This document shows positions 8,789 to 17,056 of a stretch of DNA of 55,864 nucleotides, in pieces. The first letter of the stretch is position 1. The number at the start of each line of letters is the position of its first letter. The stretch is from a virus. Its lineage: Duplodnaviria > Caudoviricetes. The translations under genes and the position numbers were made by a program. The stretch is from the IMG/VR virus record IMGVR_UViG_3300019874_000057, positions 1 through 55,864 of that record. One strand, given 5' to 3'. A model generated the notes under the pieces. That model worked only from the letters and a program-made list of their open reading frames with translations, had not been told where the DNA came from and did not search any database.

Positions 8789-9031
8789 ATGCCTCAGAAC
8801 TCTCAGGACATCCAACGCGAGCTTGACAATGACAAGCGCATCGCTGCGGGCAAGAACGCCGATGCAGCATCCAAGTCGCAGATCAACCCAGGTGGCCTCG
8901 GTGATCTAGCTCGAGCAGTCGCCGCGAAGAAGGCTGCTGCAGCCAAGCCGGCTACTACTCCATCATCTACTACTCCCAAGGCCATGAAGAAGGGTGGCGT
9001 GGTGCGAGGGATGACATCACGCAAGTGTTAG
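8789..9031 (+). CDS. Small basic protein with MKKGGVV motif
   Basis: 80 aa, tightly packed in the operon. Confidence 0.7.
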   Translation: MPQNSQDIQRELDNDKRIAAGKNADAASKSQINPGGLGDLARAVAAKKAAAAKPATTPSSTTPKAMKKGGVVRGMTSRKC

Positions 9032-9035
9032 AGGC

Positions 9036-9425
9036 ATGGATCCAGTTCAAAGTAGCGCCTGGACTCCAGCACTAATCACCACACTGATCTCTGCGGTCTT
9101 CGTAGGGTTCATCGGGCTGATTGGTGCGGTTACTGCTTTGTATGTAGCAATCAAGGGCCAGCGCCGCGAGGAACAAGCCTCAGCAGCCCGTACCACTACC
9201 CAACTTGCTGAAGTCCACTCAGCAGTCAACGGTACCAACTCAGCCCTCCAAGAACGCATCTCCCGCCTGAGTGCAGAGCTTGCTGCCCTGAAGCCATCCA
9301 TCGGAAACCTCGCCCGCGCCCAAGAGGCCTCAGCCAATGTCGACGCCAAAGCCAAGATCACCGCTGAGTCCAGTGAGCTCAGGGTGGAAGCTGCGAAGAC
9401 CGCAGAAGGAGTGAAGAAGTCATGA
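9036..9425 (+). CDS. Single-TM coiled-coil membrane protein (holin/antiholin-like candidate)
   Basis: N-terminal hydrophobic helix LITTLISAVFVGFIGLIGAVTALYVAI followed by a heptad-rich region. Confidence 0.65.
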   Translation: MDPVQSSAWTPALITTLISAVFVGFIGLIGAVTALYVAIKGQRREEQASAARTTTQLAEVHSAVNGTNSALQERISRLSAELAALKPSIGNLARAQEASANVDAKAKITAESSELRVEAAKTAEGVKKS

Positions 9426-9592
9426 TTTCATTACTTGTCGCGCTGGTTGTGTTCGGGGTAGTTCTGTACCTGCTCTCCCTGATCCCCATGGATGGCACTG
9501 TCAGGCAGATCATCAGGGTGGTTGCCATCTTGTTCTTGATCTTGTATCTCCTGCAGGCGTTTGGCCTGTGGCATGGCCTCCCGCTGCGGTAG
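9422..9592 (+). CDS. 56-aa two-TM membrane protein (Thivi_2564-like; not in the ORF track)
   Basis: ATGA overlap. MISLLVALVVFGVVLYLLSLIPMDGTVRQIIRVVAILFLILYLLQAFGLWHGLPLR. Confidence 0.75.
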   Translation: MISLLVALVVFGVVLYLLSLIPMDGTVRQIIRVVAILFLILYLLQAFGLWHGLPLR

Positions 9593-9603
9593 TAGGAGAA
9601 TTC

Positions 9604-9789
9604 ATGCCTGCTGTATCACAAGCGCAACAGGCCGCAATGGCCATCGCCGAGCATCACCCTGAGGAGCTCAGTGCCAAGAACTCTGGGCTCCTCAAGATGA
9701 CCAAGTCCCAGCTCCATGACTTCGCCTCCACCAAGCGCAAGGGATTACCCAAAAGAGTCACCGGGCGTCGATCCACAACCAAGCGCTAG
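9604..9789 (+). CDS. DUF3008-like protein
   Basis: MPAVSQAQQAAMAIA...MTKSQLHDFASTKRKGLP. AGGAG SD. Confidence 0.78.
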   Translation: MPAVSQAQQAAMAIAEHHPEELSAKNSGLLKMTKSQLHDFASTKRKGLPKRVTGRRSTTKR

Positions 9790-9812
9790 GGCCTTCCCCT
9801 GCCTCAACCCAC

Positions 9813-9843
9813 TTGACACCCTATCCCTAGTAGGCAGTACACT
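9813..9843 (+). promoter_or_regulatory. Candidate sigma70-type promoter for the head operon
   Basis: TTGACA at 9813-9818 and TACACT at 9838-9843. The 19-bp spacer is suboptimal. Confidence 0.4.
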
Positions 9844-9885
9844 CACTTGCATGAAGTCTCTTCATCACCTGCAAGGGAGTGATCA

Positions 9886-10002
9886 ATGAAGACAGGTAAG
9901 TCAGGTAGCGCCCCAGCTCTCCCGAATGCCAAGCCAGTCACTGGCAAGGTAGGTGGCATGAAGACCACCTTCGGGACCCGCGTCATGAGTGGAAAGAAGT
10001 AG
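9886..10002 (+). CDS. 38-aa basic peptide (not in the ORF track)
   Basis: GGGAG SD. MKTGKSGSAPALPNAKPVTGKVGGMKTTFGTRVMSGKK. Confidence 0.6.
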   Translation: MKTGKSGSAPALPNAKPVTGKVGGMKTTFGTRVMSGKK

Positions 10003-10011
10003 CTATCCCTC

Positions 10012-10398
10012 ATGGCATCTGGTATCCCCCCGAGTGCAATGGCCGGCCCTGGTGGTTCACAGGGAGTCGGCGGCTCAGTCCCAACCTCAGGCCCACCCCC
10101 CGCACAGGGCATGGACGGTGTATTCGCTGGGGCATCGGACGCCGGCCCCGCCAAAGATCCAGGCCAGGCCCTCAAGGGCATCACTGACATGACCATGGAG
10201 ATCGACCAGATCCTAGGCATGTTGGCGACTACCTTCGCAGAACAAGGTGGGCAGGAGATCGCGCAGGCCCGCAGTCTCATCAAGCAAGGTGCAGCGAAGT
10301 TCCTGGGGTCAGTTGGCTCCGGTGGGGCTTCTGCTGCTACATCTCCCACTAGCCCAGGAACCAACTTCCCAGGCGGCGGGTTCACTTCAGGCAAGTAG
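10012..10398 (+). CDS. Gly/Pro-rich hypothetical head-module protein
   Basis: 128 aa, immediately upstream of the scaffold gene. Confidence 0.7.
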   Translation: MASGIPPSAMAGPGGSQGVGGSVPTSGPPPAQGMDGVFAGASDAGPAKDPGQALKGITDMTMEIDQILGMLATTFAEQGGQEIAQARSLIKQGAAKFLGSVGSGGASAATSPTSPGTNFPGGGFTSGK

Positions 10399-10515
10399 TC
10401 CAACTACCAACACCCAATGACCACGAACAGGCCCGATTCAAGCCGACTCAGAGATGGGGATACACACCACCCGCTGAAGGCCTCTGTCTCGATCAGCCGA
10501 CGTGAGGAGGTCTAG

Positions 10516-11331
10516 ATGGCGAAGAAGGCACCGAAAGACGCAGGGAAGGAATTCCTGGCAGAGCTAGTCGCACTAATCCCCGAGGACAAGCGCGCTGGGG
10601 TTGCTGCGTTACTCGAGGATGAGACAGTCTTGACTCGCGCAGGTGAGCACACCCTGCGGCAGGAAGACTACTCGCGGCTAGCCCAGAATGTTCAGCAGAC
10701 CCGCACCCAGCAGGAACAATGGTGGGCTGAGAATCAAGCTAAGGTCGCTGAGTATGAAGCCCTGGTATCCACTGGCAAGCTCGACAAGCTCGAGAAGTTG
10801 GATGCTGGTGATGATGAGGAAGAGGAAGAGACTCCCAAGGGCAGGCGTGCCAAGCCTCAACCTGACCCAAACCTCATCACCCGCAAGGAAGCTGAAGATC
10901 GCCTGAACAAGGACAAAACCGAGAATGTCCAGTTCTCCACCTACCTCACTGATCTCAGCAACCGGCATTACCACACCTACAAAGAGCCCCTCGACACCAC
11001 TGCATGTGTGCGGTTCTGCCGCGAGAACAACATCTACATGGATCAGGGGGGCTACGAACTATTCACCAAGGATCTCCGTGACAAGGCCGCTGCTACCGCC
11101 GCTGCTGCCCACGAAGCCCAGATCCGCCAAGACGAGCGCCGCAAGACCGTGGAGGAGATCTCTGCCAAGGGTCCCGGCTACCCCATCGCCGGCCGCTCCA
11201 CTGGTCCTGACCTCGCTCCTCTTGATGAAGTGCTCGCACGTCGCGACAAGGACAAACCCGGGGAAGTGAACTACTCCGCTGCGGAAGCCGCACGTGAGTA
11301 CAACAAGGCAGTCTTCAGCGGAGGCGTGTAA
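10516..11331 (+). CDS. Capsid scaffolding protein
   Basis: Charged, helical 271-aa protein just upstream of MCP. GAGGAGG SD. Confidence 0.72.
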   Translation: MAKKAPKDAGKEFLAELVALIPEDKRAGVAALLEDETVLTRAGEHTLRQEDYSRLAQNVQQTRTQQEQWWAENQAKVAEYEALVSTGKLDKLEKLDAGDDEEEEETPKGRRAKPQPDPNLITRKEAEDRLNKDKTENVQFSTYLTDLSNRHYHTYKEPLDTTACVRFCRENNIYMDQGGYELFTKDLRDKAAATAAAAHEAQIRQDERRKTVEEISAKGPGYPIAGRSTGPDLAPLDEVLARRDKDKPGEVNYSAAEAAREYNKAVFSGGV

Positions 11332-11387
11332 CCTAGCTTCAGGTTGGACTCTCTGCACTTCCTGGAGCGCTTGATAGGAGTACAAAC

Positions 11388-12467
11388 GTGGCAGACATCA
11401 ACGTCGAAGAATTCGACGTAGCGACCAGGAAGTACATCGCCCCGGGAGTGGTGGACAACTACTTCAAGGGCGGTCCATTGATGGCTTACGTCAAGGCCAA
11501 CCGCTACAAGACCTTCCCCGGAGGTACTCTGATTCAGGAGAACTTCCTCTTCCAGCCGATGACGGGTGGCTCGTACAAGAGGGGCGGAAAACCCTTCGAC
11601 ACCACTCGCCGCAGGACCAAGGCTGCGACGCAGTTTCAGCTCAAGACCTACTATGTGAACATCACCGAGTTCTTGGAGGACTTGGAGATCGAGCTGGTAG
11701 CCAGTGAGGCTGCATTCGACACAGTCAAGACCGACTTCGGGAACGCGGCCCTCACCCTGAGTGCCATTCTCGAGATCGCGATGATGCAGTATGGTCAAGA
11801 CCTCTCTGGCTCAGGTGGATCTGACCGCAGTGGTGAGATCAACGGGTTCTCGGAGGCCCTGAACGATGGCACGGTAGCAAGCTGGGATGGTGGTCTCTTC
11901 CCGACGTATGGTGGTCAGCTTCGTTCTACGGTGAACGGTGCTCTCACACCTGCCAACACCGCTATCGGTGCCAACATCGCAGGCCCCCCGACCAACAGGG
12001 TGCTTGAGTATTCCTACCAGTCGACTGTCATTGGTGCCGAACACCCCAAACTCGGCGTCACCACGTCCCTTGCCATGGCGTATCTCAATGAGCAATGGAT
12101 GCCATTGCAGCGTGCTGGTGTGGATGTCGTAGAACCCAACATCGGCTATCCTGGCCTGAAGTTCAAGCGGGCCACCATCGTTGAATCCCAGTACATGCCT
12201 GGCACTCTGGGTGTCAACGATCCCAACATCGGCAACTACTTCACCGCTGCTGGTGAGACCTTCATGTGGCTGAACCCTGGTGGCGAAGGCGACGATGCCT
12301 ACTTCCGGGTTTGGTTCCCGCGCAGCAAGAAGTTCCAGTTTGGCTTCACCGGTTTCAAGGTGACTGCCAATGGAACCCAGCTGAGTGGCCAGATCCTCGT
12401 TGCCTGCAACCTCACCGTCAGGGCTCCGCGCCTCATGCGCATCCTGCACGGCATCCGCGCTGCGTAA
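11388..12467 (+). CDS. Major capsid protein (HK97 fold)
   Basis: 359 aa, AGGAG SD with GTG start, follows the scaffold. GGTLIQE, INGFSEAL, TYGG and ACNLTVRAPR match phage MCP patterns. Confidence 0.87.
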   Translation: MADINVEEFDVATRKYIAPGVVDNYFKGGPLMAYVKANRYKTFPGGTLIQENFLFQPMTGGSYKRGGKPFDTTRRRTKAATQFQLKTYYVNITEFLEDLEIELVASEAAFDTVKTDFGNAALTLSAILEIAMMQYGQDLSGSGGSDRSGEINGFSEALNDGTVASWDGGLFPTYGGQLRSTVNGALTPANTAIGANIAGPPTNRVLEYSYQSTVIGAEHPKLGVTTSLAMAYLNEQWMPLQRAGVDVVEPNIGYPGLKFKRATIVESQYMPGTLGVNDPNIGNYFTAAGETFMWLNPGGEGDDAYFRVWFPRSKKFQFGFTGFKVTANGTQLSGQILVACNLTVRAPRLMRILHGIRAA

Positions 12468-12497
12468 GCGCCTCCAGGAAAGGAATAGGAGAATCCA

Positions 12498-13037
12498 ATG
12501 CCTGCAGGAGAGAAGCGAGTTCAAGCTCAGTATGTAAGCACCGGGGATCCGAACACCGTCTCGGATCAGTCCCCGCTGCGATACCCTGGGCAAGTCGGAG
12601 GGTACTTCACCGATACTGCCAATAAACTGTATCGGTATGTACTGCTGGATTCCACGATGACTGTAGCTCCATATGCTGGCGCTGTGGCCATGTGGTCCAA
12701 CCGCACCGCTGGTATCGTCACTACCTCCGTGACCAACCGAGGCCGCAGGGCAGGTATCTTTACCCGTGCGCATCAGCTCACTGGTTCTGACCGAGCTCTG
12801 GCATGCTTCATTCAGGTTGGTGGTCGCAGGACTGACGTGAAGGGTGCCAATGCCCTCACTGCTCAGCCTTCGACTGCTGGCTTGTTTGTCATCCCGAGCT
12901 CCACGGATGCCAAGGCCGATGTCTTGGCTGCCGGTACCGCTGCGACTTACCCGGCTCTTGGTGTCACCGCTGGCACCCTGAACCTGGGTGACAACACCTT
13001 CGCGGTGGATCTCAGCGTCGAAGACGACTTCAGCTAA
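12498..13037 (+). CDS. Putative capsid decoration/cement protein
   Basis: Immediately after MCP, beta-rich, YRYV...FIQVGG pattern. Confidence 0.55.
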   Translation: MPAGEKRVQAQYVSTGDPNTVSDQSPLRYPGQVGGYFTDTANKLYRYVLLDSTMTVAPYAGAVAMWSNRTAGIVTTSVTNRGRRAGIFTRAHQLTGSDRALACFIQVGGRRTDVKGANALTAQPSTAGLFVIPSSTDAKADVLAAGTAATYPALGVTAGTLNLGDNTFAVDLSVEDDFS

Positions 13038-13049
13038 GGGGGGTGAAGC

Positions 13050-13388
13050 ATGGCAATGACTGTCAGCCTCTCTGCGAACGCGAAGCCACATGACCAGTAT
13101 GGTCAGGTGTTGGTCAAGCGTTTCCGGTACACAGGGCCTGCAAGTTACCCGAGTGGTGGTGACCCGACTACATTGAATGGTGGTGTCACTACTACCTTCG
13201 GTCTAGGCGGGATCGTCAACTTCCCAGTCGGTGTAGCCCTGGATGCCAACAAGGCCAACGCACGCTTGCTGGTCTATGACGCAACCAACAAGACCGTGCG
13301 TTGGTTTGTCCTCAGCACCAACCTCGAAGTCGCTGCTGCAGTAGACCTCAGTGGGTTCACTGCGGATTTGGAGGTCACGGGGTTCTAG
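13050..13388 (+). CDS. Putative virion protein
   Basis: 112 aa, YPSGG...EVAAAVDLS pattern, head module position. Confidence 0.6.
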   Translation: MAMTVSLSANAKPHDQYGQVLVKRFRYTGPASYPSGGDPTTLNGGVTTTFGLGGIVNFPVGVALDANKANARLLVYDATNKTVRWFVLSTNLEVAAAVDLSGFTADLEVTGF

Positions 13389-13427
13389 GGTGGTTGACTA
13401 GAGTACCGCTGACCTCAGGAGAGCACC

Positions 13428-14369
13428 TTGTCTGAGACCTTTCGCGAGATCACAGGCAAGGTGCTTCTTCACTGCCCGCTGGCTGGGGCGATGCTTTGTA
13501 GACTCTTTGTCGAGGATGGGTGGTTGTGGCTGCAAGAGCGCAGGGACTGGAGTTTCAAGAGGTTTACTGCGAACTTCAGGACTAGTACCTCCCTCACGGG
13601 GACTTGCAGCGTGACTCGGGGATCCACTACAGTCACCCCGGGTACACTTACTTTCTCGGCTACTGATGTGGGGCGCCAGTTCAGGGTGGGCAATGGCATC
13701 CCATTCACCATCGTAGATGTCACTGCTGGTGTGGCTACCTTGGACAACCAGTACGGGGGCTCCACTGATGTGGCTGCCACTGGCATGGTCCTGGACGCCT
13801 TCATCACCATGCCTGCTGATTTTGGTAGATTCCTCAATGTCATCGACCCGGTGAACCAGTGGCAGCTTCATCTCTGGGTGACTGAGCAAGAGCTCGCCCT
13901 TAGAGACCCTGCCAGGCAATTCATCCAAGACCCCTGGGCTATCGTCAATGGGACTTACTCACCTGTCCCTGGGTCTGAGGGATTGATCCGGTATGAGCTC
14001 TGGCCCTATCTACTAGAATCCCGCCGCTACGACTACATGGCCATCCGTCGCCCGATGCCTGCGGTAGATACCAAGTCCCCCACTGGCCCCTTCCAGCACA
14101 GGCCTGATGTAGTTCGCCAGGCAGCGCTCATGAAGGCAGCCCAATGGCCAGGGCAAGGTGACCGCAAGAACCCTTACTACCAGCCCCAGCTCGCCATCAC
14201 CCTCGAGCGCCAGTTGTTGAGCATGCTCGAGAACTTGGAGCGCTCTGACGAAGAAACCTACCTCACCATGCTCGACCTCACTGGCGTCGACCGCATGCGA
14301 TTCGCACCGCTAGACTCTGCGTGGATGCAGGGTCATGATGCATTGGCAGCCCCTGGATGGGGCGCATAG
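13428..14369 (+). CDS. Head-tail adaptor-like protein with beta-rich insertion
   Basis: Helical N-terminus with RRDWSF, ITMPADF, ELWP and helical C-terminus. AGGAG SD with TTG start. Confidence 0.6.
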   Translation: MSETFREITGKVLLHCPLAGAMLCRLFVEDGWLWLQERRDWSFKRFTANFRTSTSLTGTCSVTRGSTTVTPGTLTFSATDVGRQFRVGNGIPFTIVDVTAGVATLDNQYGGSTDVAATGMVLDAFITMPADFGRFLNVIDPVNQWQLHLWVTEQELALRDPARQFIQDPWAIVNGTYSPVPGSEGLIRYELWPYLLESRRYDYMAIRRPMPAVDTKSPTGPFQHRPDVVRQAALMKAAQWPGQGDRKNPYYQPQLAITLERQLLSMLENLERSDEETYLTMLDLTGVDRMRFAPLDSAWMQGHDALAAPGWGA

Positions 14370-14378
14370 GAGATCCAA

Positions 14379-14636
14379 ATGGCTAGGGGATTTGTTGGTG
14401 AGACTTTTGTAAAGGCAATCGCACCTGAGGGGGAGATCGAGCCCTTTGGTGTGGAGATCGAGAACGGGATTGACCTGGCAAGTGGCGAGAAGGGTACCAA
14501 GGGGCGCCTGGATGAAGTGACCATCGCCAAGATTGGGTCAAGCCCTGGCTATGGGGATACTGCCTCTACTACTGAGGGAGGCTTCATCGGCCCTGGTACT
14601 CAGGCCCTGGCAGGTATCTTCGGACGCAAGAGCTAA
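14379..14636 (+). CDS. Hypothetical virion-module protein
   Basis: TAGGAG stop/SD overlap, 85 aa. Confidence 0.7.
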   Translation: MARGFVGETFVKAIAPEGEIEPFGVEIENGIDLASGEKGTKGRLDEVTIAKIGSSPGYGDTASTTEGGFIGPGTQALAGIFGRKS

Positions 14637-14645
14637 GGATCCAAG

Positions 14646-15017
14646 ATGGAGACGCGGACTTATGTCCTGACTCTCAACGGGGCAGCCCAGCAGTTGAGCT
14701 CGGTGTTGCCTGACTCATTGGTGAACCCCGGCACCCCTGGTGTCCCTGCCAGTGGCCTCGATACTCCCAGTAAGAAATTCAACTCTTGGTCGATGATCTC
14801 CCTGCAGGGCGGGGCTGCGAATGCAGGGGCTATCTTTGTAGGCTCTGATGCCACTGTTGACTCTACTAACTATGGCATGCGCATCCCTGCTGCAGTAGCT
14901 GGACTCCCGGGGCCTCCCTTGTTCTTTGGGCCATTCAACAGGGCTATGAAATTCGAGGGTATCTGGGTGTTTGGCTCCAGTACCGAGAAACTCCAGATCT
15001 TCGCGATTGAGTGGTAG
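14646..15017 (+). CDS. Small beta-sandwich virion protein
   Basis: ISLQ...NAGAIFVG...G..I pattern, 123 aa. Confidence 0.65.
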   Translation: METRTYVLTLNGAAQQLSSVLPDSLVNPGTPGVPASGLDTPSKKFNSWSMISLQGGAANAGAIFVGSDATVDSTNYGMRIPAAVAGLPGPPLFFGPFNRAMKFEGIWVFGSSTEKLQIFAIEW

Positions 15018-15023
15018 CCCCAG

Positions 15024-15821
15024 GTGACTGCCACTAGGTACCAGTTCAAATACGCTGCCGACTGCGCGAATGGCGGAGCAGCCGGAGGTGCGCCTGTAAC
15101 TGGGTTTGCTGCGTGGTTTTCTGCTGACATGTTGGTATTCCAGGACGCAGCCGGGACTGTCCCTGCGGTAGTTGACGGTGATCCAGTCATGCGCTGGGAC
15201 TCCATGAATGGTAGCTACGGGGTCTTGGCTTGTACTACTCCAGGTGGTTATGGGGCCTGTACCCTCAAGCTCGCAGGGAATGGCATCGGCGGGCGGGCAG
15301 TCATTCGGAGTTCTGCTGCTGCGTTTGGACTACTGGCAGATGTCGCAGCAGACACTGGGATCTTTGAAGGCGGGATTCTCAACAGTTCCCAGTGTCTGCT
15401 GCGACATCTGTTCAGGACTTCTTCTGACTTGGTGGCAACCTGGGGAGACGGTGGGGGTTACATTGAATCCCAGAACCAACTCGCTATGGGGATGGTTTCG
15501 TTTATCTACGATGGGGCTTCCAAGGTAGCTGCCAAGCCTTACACCCCTGGGGCTTCAGCAATCCACACCTGGCATCACGCAGCGGGGGTACTGTACTCAG
15601 GGGTTTCTGACACCCGCTTCGCATCCATGGGGTCTGTGGCAGCAGGCAGTATCGATCCTGGGGCTTCCAGGCTTGTCATCCTTGGAGGCCCAGGCCCTGG
15701 TCAATACCTAGATGGAGACGTGGCTGAGTTGATCTTCTACCCAGTGGCTTTGTCAGAAGCAGACCGCAAAGTCACTGAGACCTACCTCGCGCAGAAGTAC
15801 GGCATTACCCTTCCCTACTAG
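15024..15821 (+). CDS. LamG/concanavalin A-like domain protein
   Basis: AWFSAD...V.RW.S...GDVAELIFYPVALSEADRK..ETYLAQKYGI. Confidence 0.72.
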   Translation: MTATRYQFKYAADCANGGAAGGAPVTGFAAWFSADMLVFQDAAGTVPAVVDGDPVMRWDSMNGSYGVLACTTPGGYGACTLKLAGNGIGGRAVIRSSAAAFGLLADVAADTGIFEGGILNSSQCLLRHLFRTSSDLVATWGDGGGYIESQNQLAMGMVSFIYDGASKVAAKPYTPGASAIHTWHHAAGVLYSGVSDTRFASMGSVAAGSIDPGASRLVILGGPGPGQYLDGDVAELIFYPVALSEADRKVTETYLAQKYGITLPY

Positions 15822-15830
15822 GAGTTCCTC

Positions 15831-16127
15831 ATGCCCATTCAAACCGAAGTCATCATCCCGCAGAAGGTCCAGGTTTTGCCTAATGTGATCGTGCATCTTC
15901 AGGCTACAGTCACTCCCTGCACCTTCAGCATCCAGTCCGCCAACATCCCAGGTGGGGGTATCCTCACGCAGACCGGAGCCAATACCTGCACCGTCCAGGG
16001 CTCTCAGAACCTTGCCGAGTGGGGTGAGGTTGTAGTGAGAGGAGATCTCACAGATGGCAACTTCGGCATCTGTGAAGTGTACTTTCTCGTAAACTTCCTC
16101 GTGACACCTGCAGGGGAGCCTGACTAA
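15831..16127 (+). CDS. Small Ig-like protein
   Basis: 98 aa of alternating beta strands, ending VTPAGEPD. Confidence 0.55.
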   Translation: MPIQTEVIIPQKVQVLPNVIVHLQATVTPCTFSIQSANIPGGGILTQTGANTCTVQGSQNLAEWGEVVVRGDLTDGNFGICEVYFLVNFLVTPAGEPD

Positions 16128-16128
16128 C

Positions 16129-16245
16129 ATGTGGACTAAGTTCAGGTCCCTCGCCCTGATTGCGTTTATCCTTGTCATCCTCCGAGCACTCGGTCTCGCC
16201 AGCCCTGAGTACTCTGGAAACATCACCGCTGGCCCGGAGTTTTAA
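16129..16245 (+). CDS. 38-aa single-TM peptide ending in AGPEF (not in the ORF track)
   Basis: Fills the gap between its neighbours. MWTKFRSLALIAFILVILRALGLASPEYSGNITAGPEF. Confidence 0.68.
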   Translation: MWTKFRSLALIAFILVILRALGLASPEYSGNITAGPEF

Positions 16246-16248
16246 ACC

Positions 16249-16569
16249 ATGGCTAACTTCGACATTCACCTTGGCAAGACGCGGACATTTCAACTCACCC
16301 CTACCAAGGATGGGCTTCCATTCCCTGTAGGTGCTACCAACCCAATCTTCGGCTCGTCTGCCCCAGAGGTCTTCCAGTTGTCCACCGGCCCCGGTGGTGA
16401 GTTCACCATCAATGGCAAGCTCATCACCCCTGGGAATGCCTTCCTCACGTGGCAGTTCCAGGTCCCGAGTGGCGCTACCATCTCCGGCTCCGAGACCATC
16501 ACTGGCCTTGACAACCCTCCTGCAGATGAAGCCAATGGCGGCCTGGTCGAAGCCGGTCCTGAGTTCTGA
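16249..16569 (+). CDS. Ig-like protein ending in AGPEF
   Basis: FGSSAPEVFQL...PGNAFLTW resembles the bacterial Ig-like group 2 pattern. GGAG SD. Confidence 0.68.
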   Translation: MANFDIHLGKTRTFQLTPTKDGLPFPVGATNPIFGSSAPEVFQLSTGPGGEFTINGKLITPGNAFLTWQFQVPSGATISGSETITGLDNPPADEANGGLVEAGPEF

Positions 16570-16597
16570 GTCTTACCCCAACTTCTGGAGCCCACAG

Positions 16598-17053
16598 ATG
16601 AACTCACCAATCACCAAGCTTAGTTATCTAGCAATAGCTGGAGTCTCGGGGGTTGGTGCGTTCTCTCTGGGTGAAGCAGCCGGCAACCAGAACTGGAGAG
16701 CTCTGGGCATTGCGCTGGGCATTGGTACTGTATGCGTCTTCATCATTCGACAAGTTATCGCCTACGCAGTAAACAAGCTGATCGAGCGCTGGGAAGCCAT
16801 CCCGCAGGAGATCGAGAGAGTCAGGACTGAAGCCAAGGCTAACTTTGACTCACTTGGTGGAAGCCTCTCGTCACTGACCACCTCGATCACTGCCCTCACG
16901 CGGGACATGGCAGTCGAGACAGGTTCCTACAAAGAATGGAAGCGTGGCGTCGAGCACAGGTTGATTTCCTTGGAGCAAATCACCTTCGGTCAGGTACGCG
17001 CCAGGGATCTTCCTACAGAGTTGGAAGTAGATCTACCCGAGGAAAAGGAATAA
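16598..17053 (+). CDS. Membrane protein with coiled coil (holin candidate)
   Basis: GGAG SD before ATG 16598. Two hydrophobic segments, then an amphipathic helix. Confidence 0.6.
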   Translation: MNSPITKLSYLAIAGVSGVGAFSLGEAAGNQNWRALGIALGIGTVCVFIIRQVIAYAVNKLIERWEAIPQEIERVRTEAKANFDSLGGSLSSLTTSITALTRDMAVETGSYKEWKRGVEHRLISLEQITFGQVRARDLPTELEVDLPEEKE

Positions 17054-17056
17054 CCC

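Noticed and set aside
11811-13091. 426-aa antisense ORF over the MCP and decoration genes
   Set aside because: Shadow ORF caused by strong codon bias on the coding strand. No recognisable motifs or SD.
13389-13427. Possible terminator after the capsid genes
   Set aside because: Only a weak stem and no U-tract.
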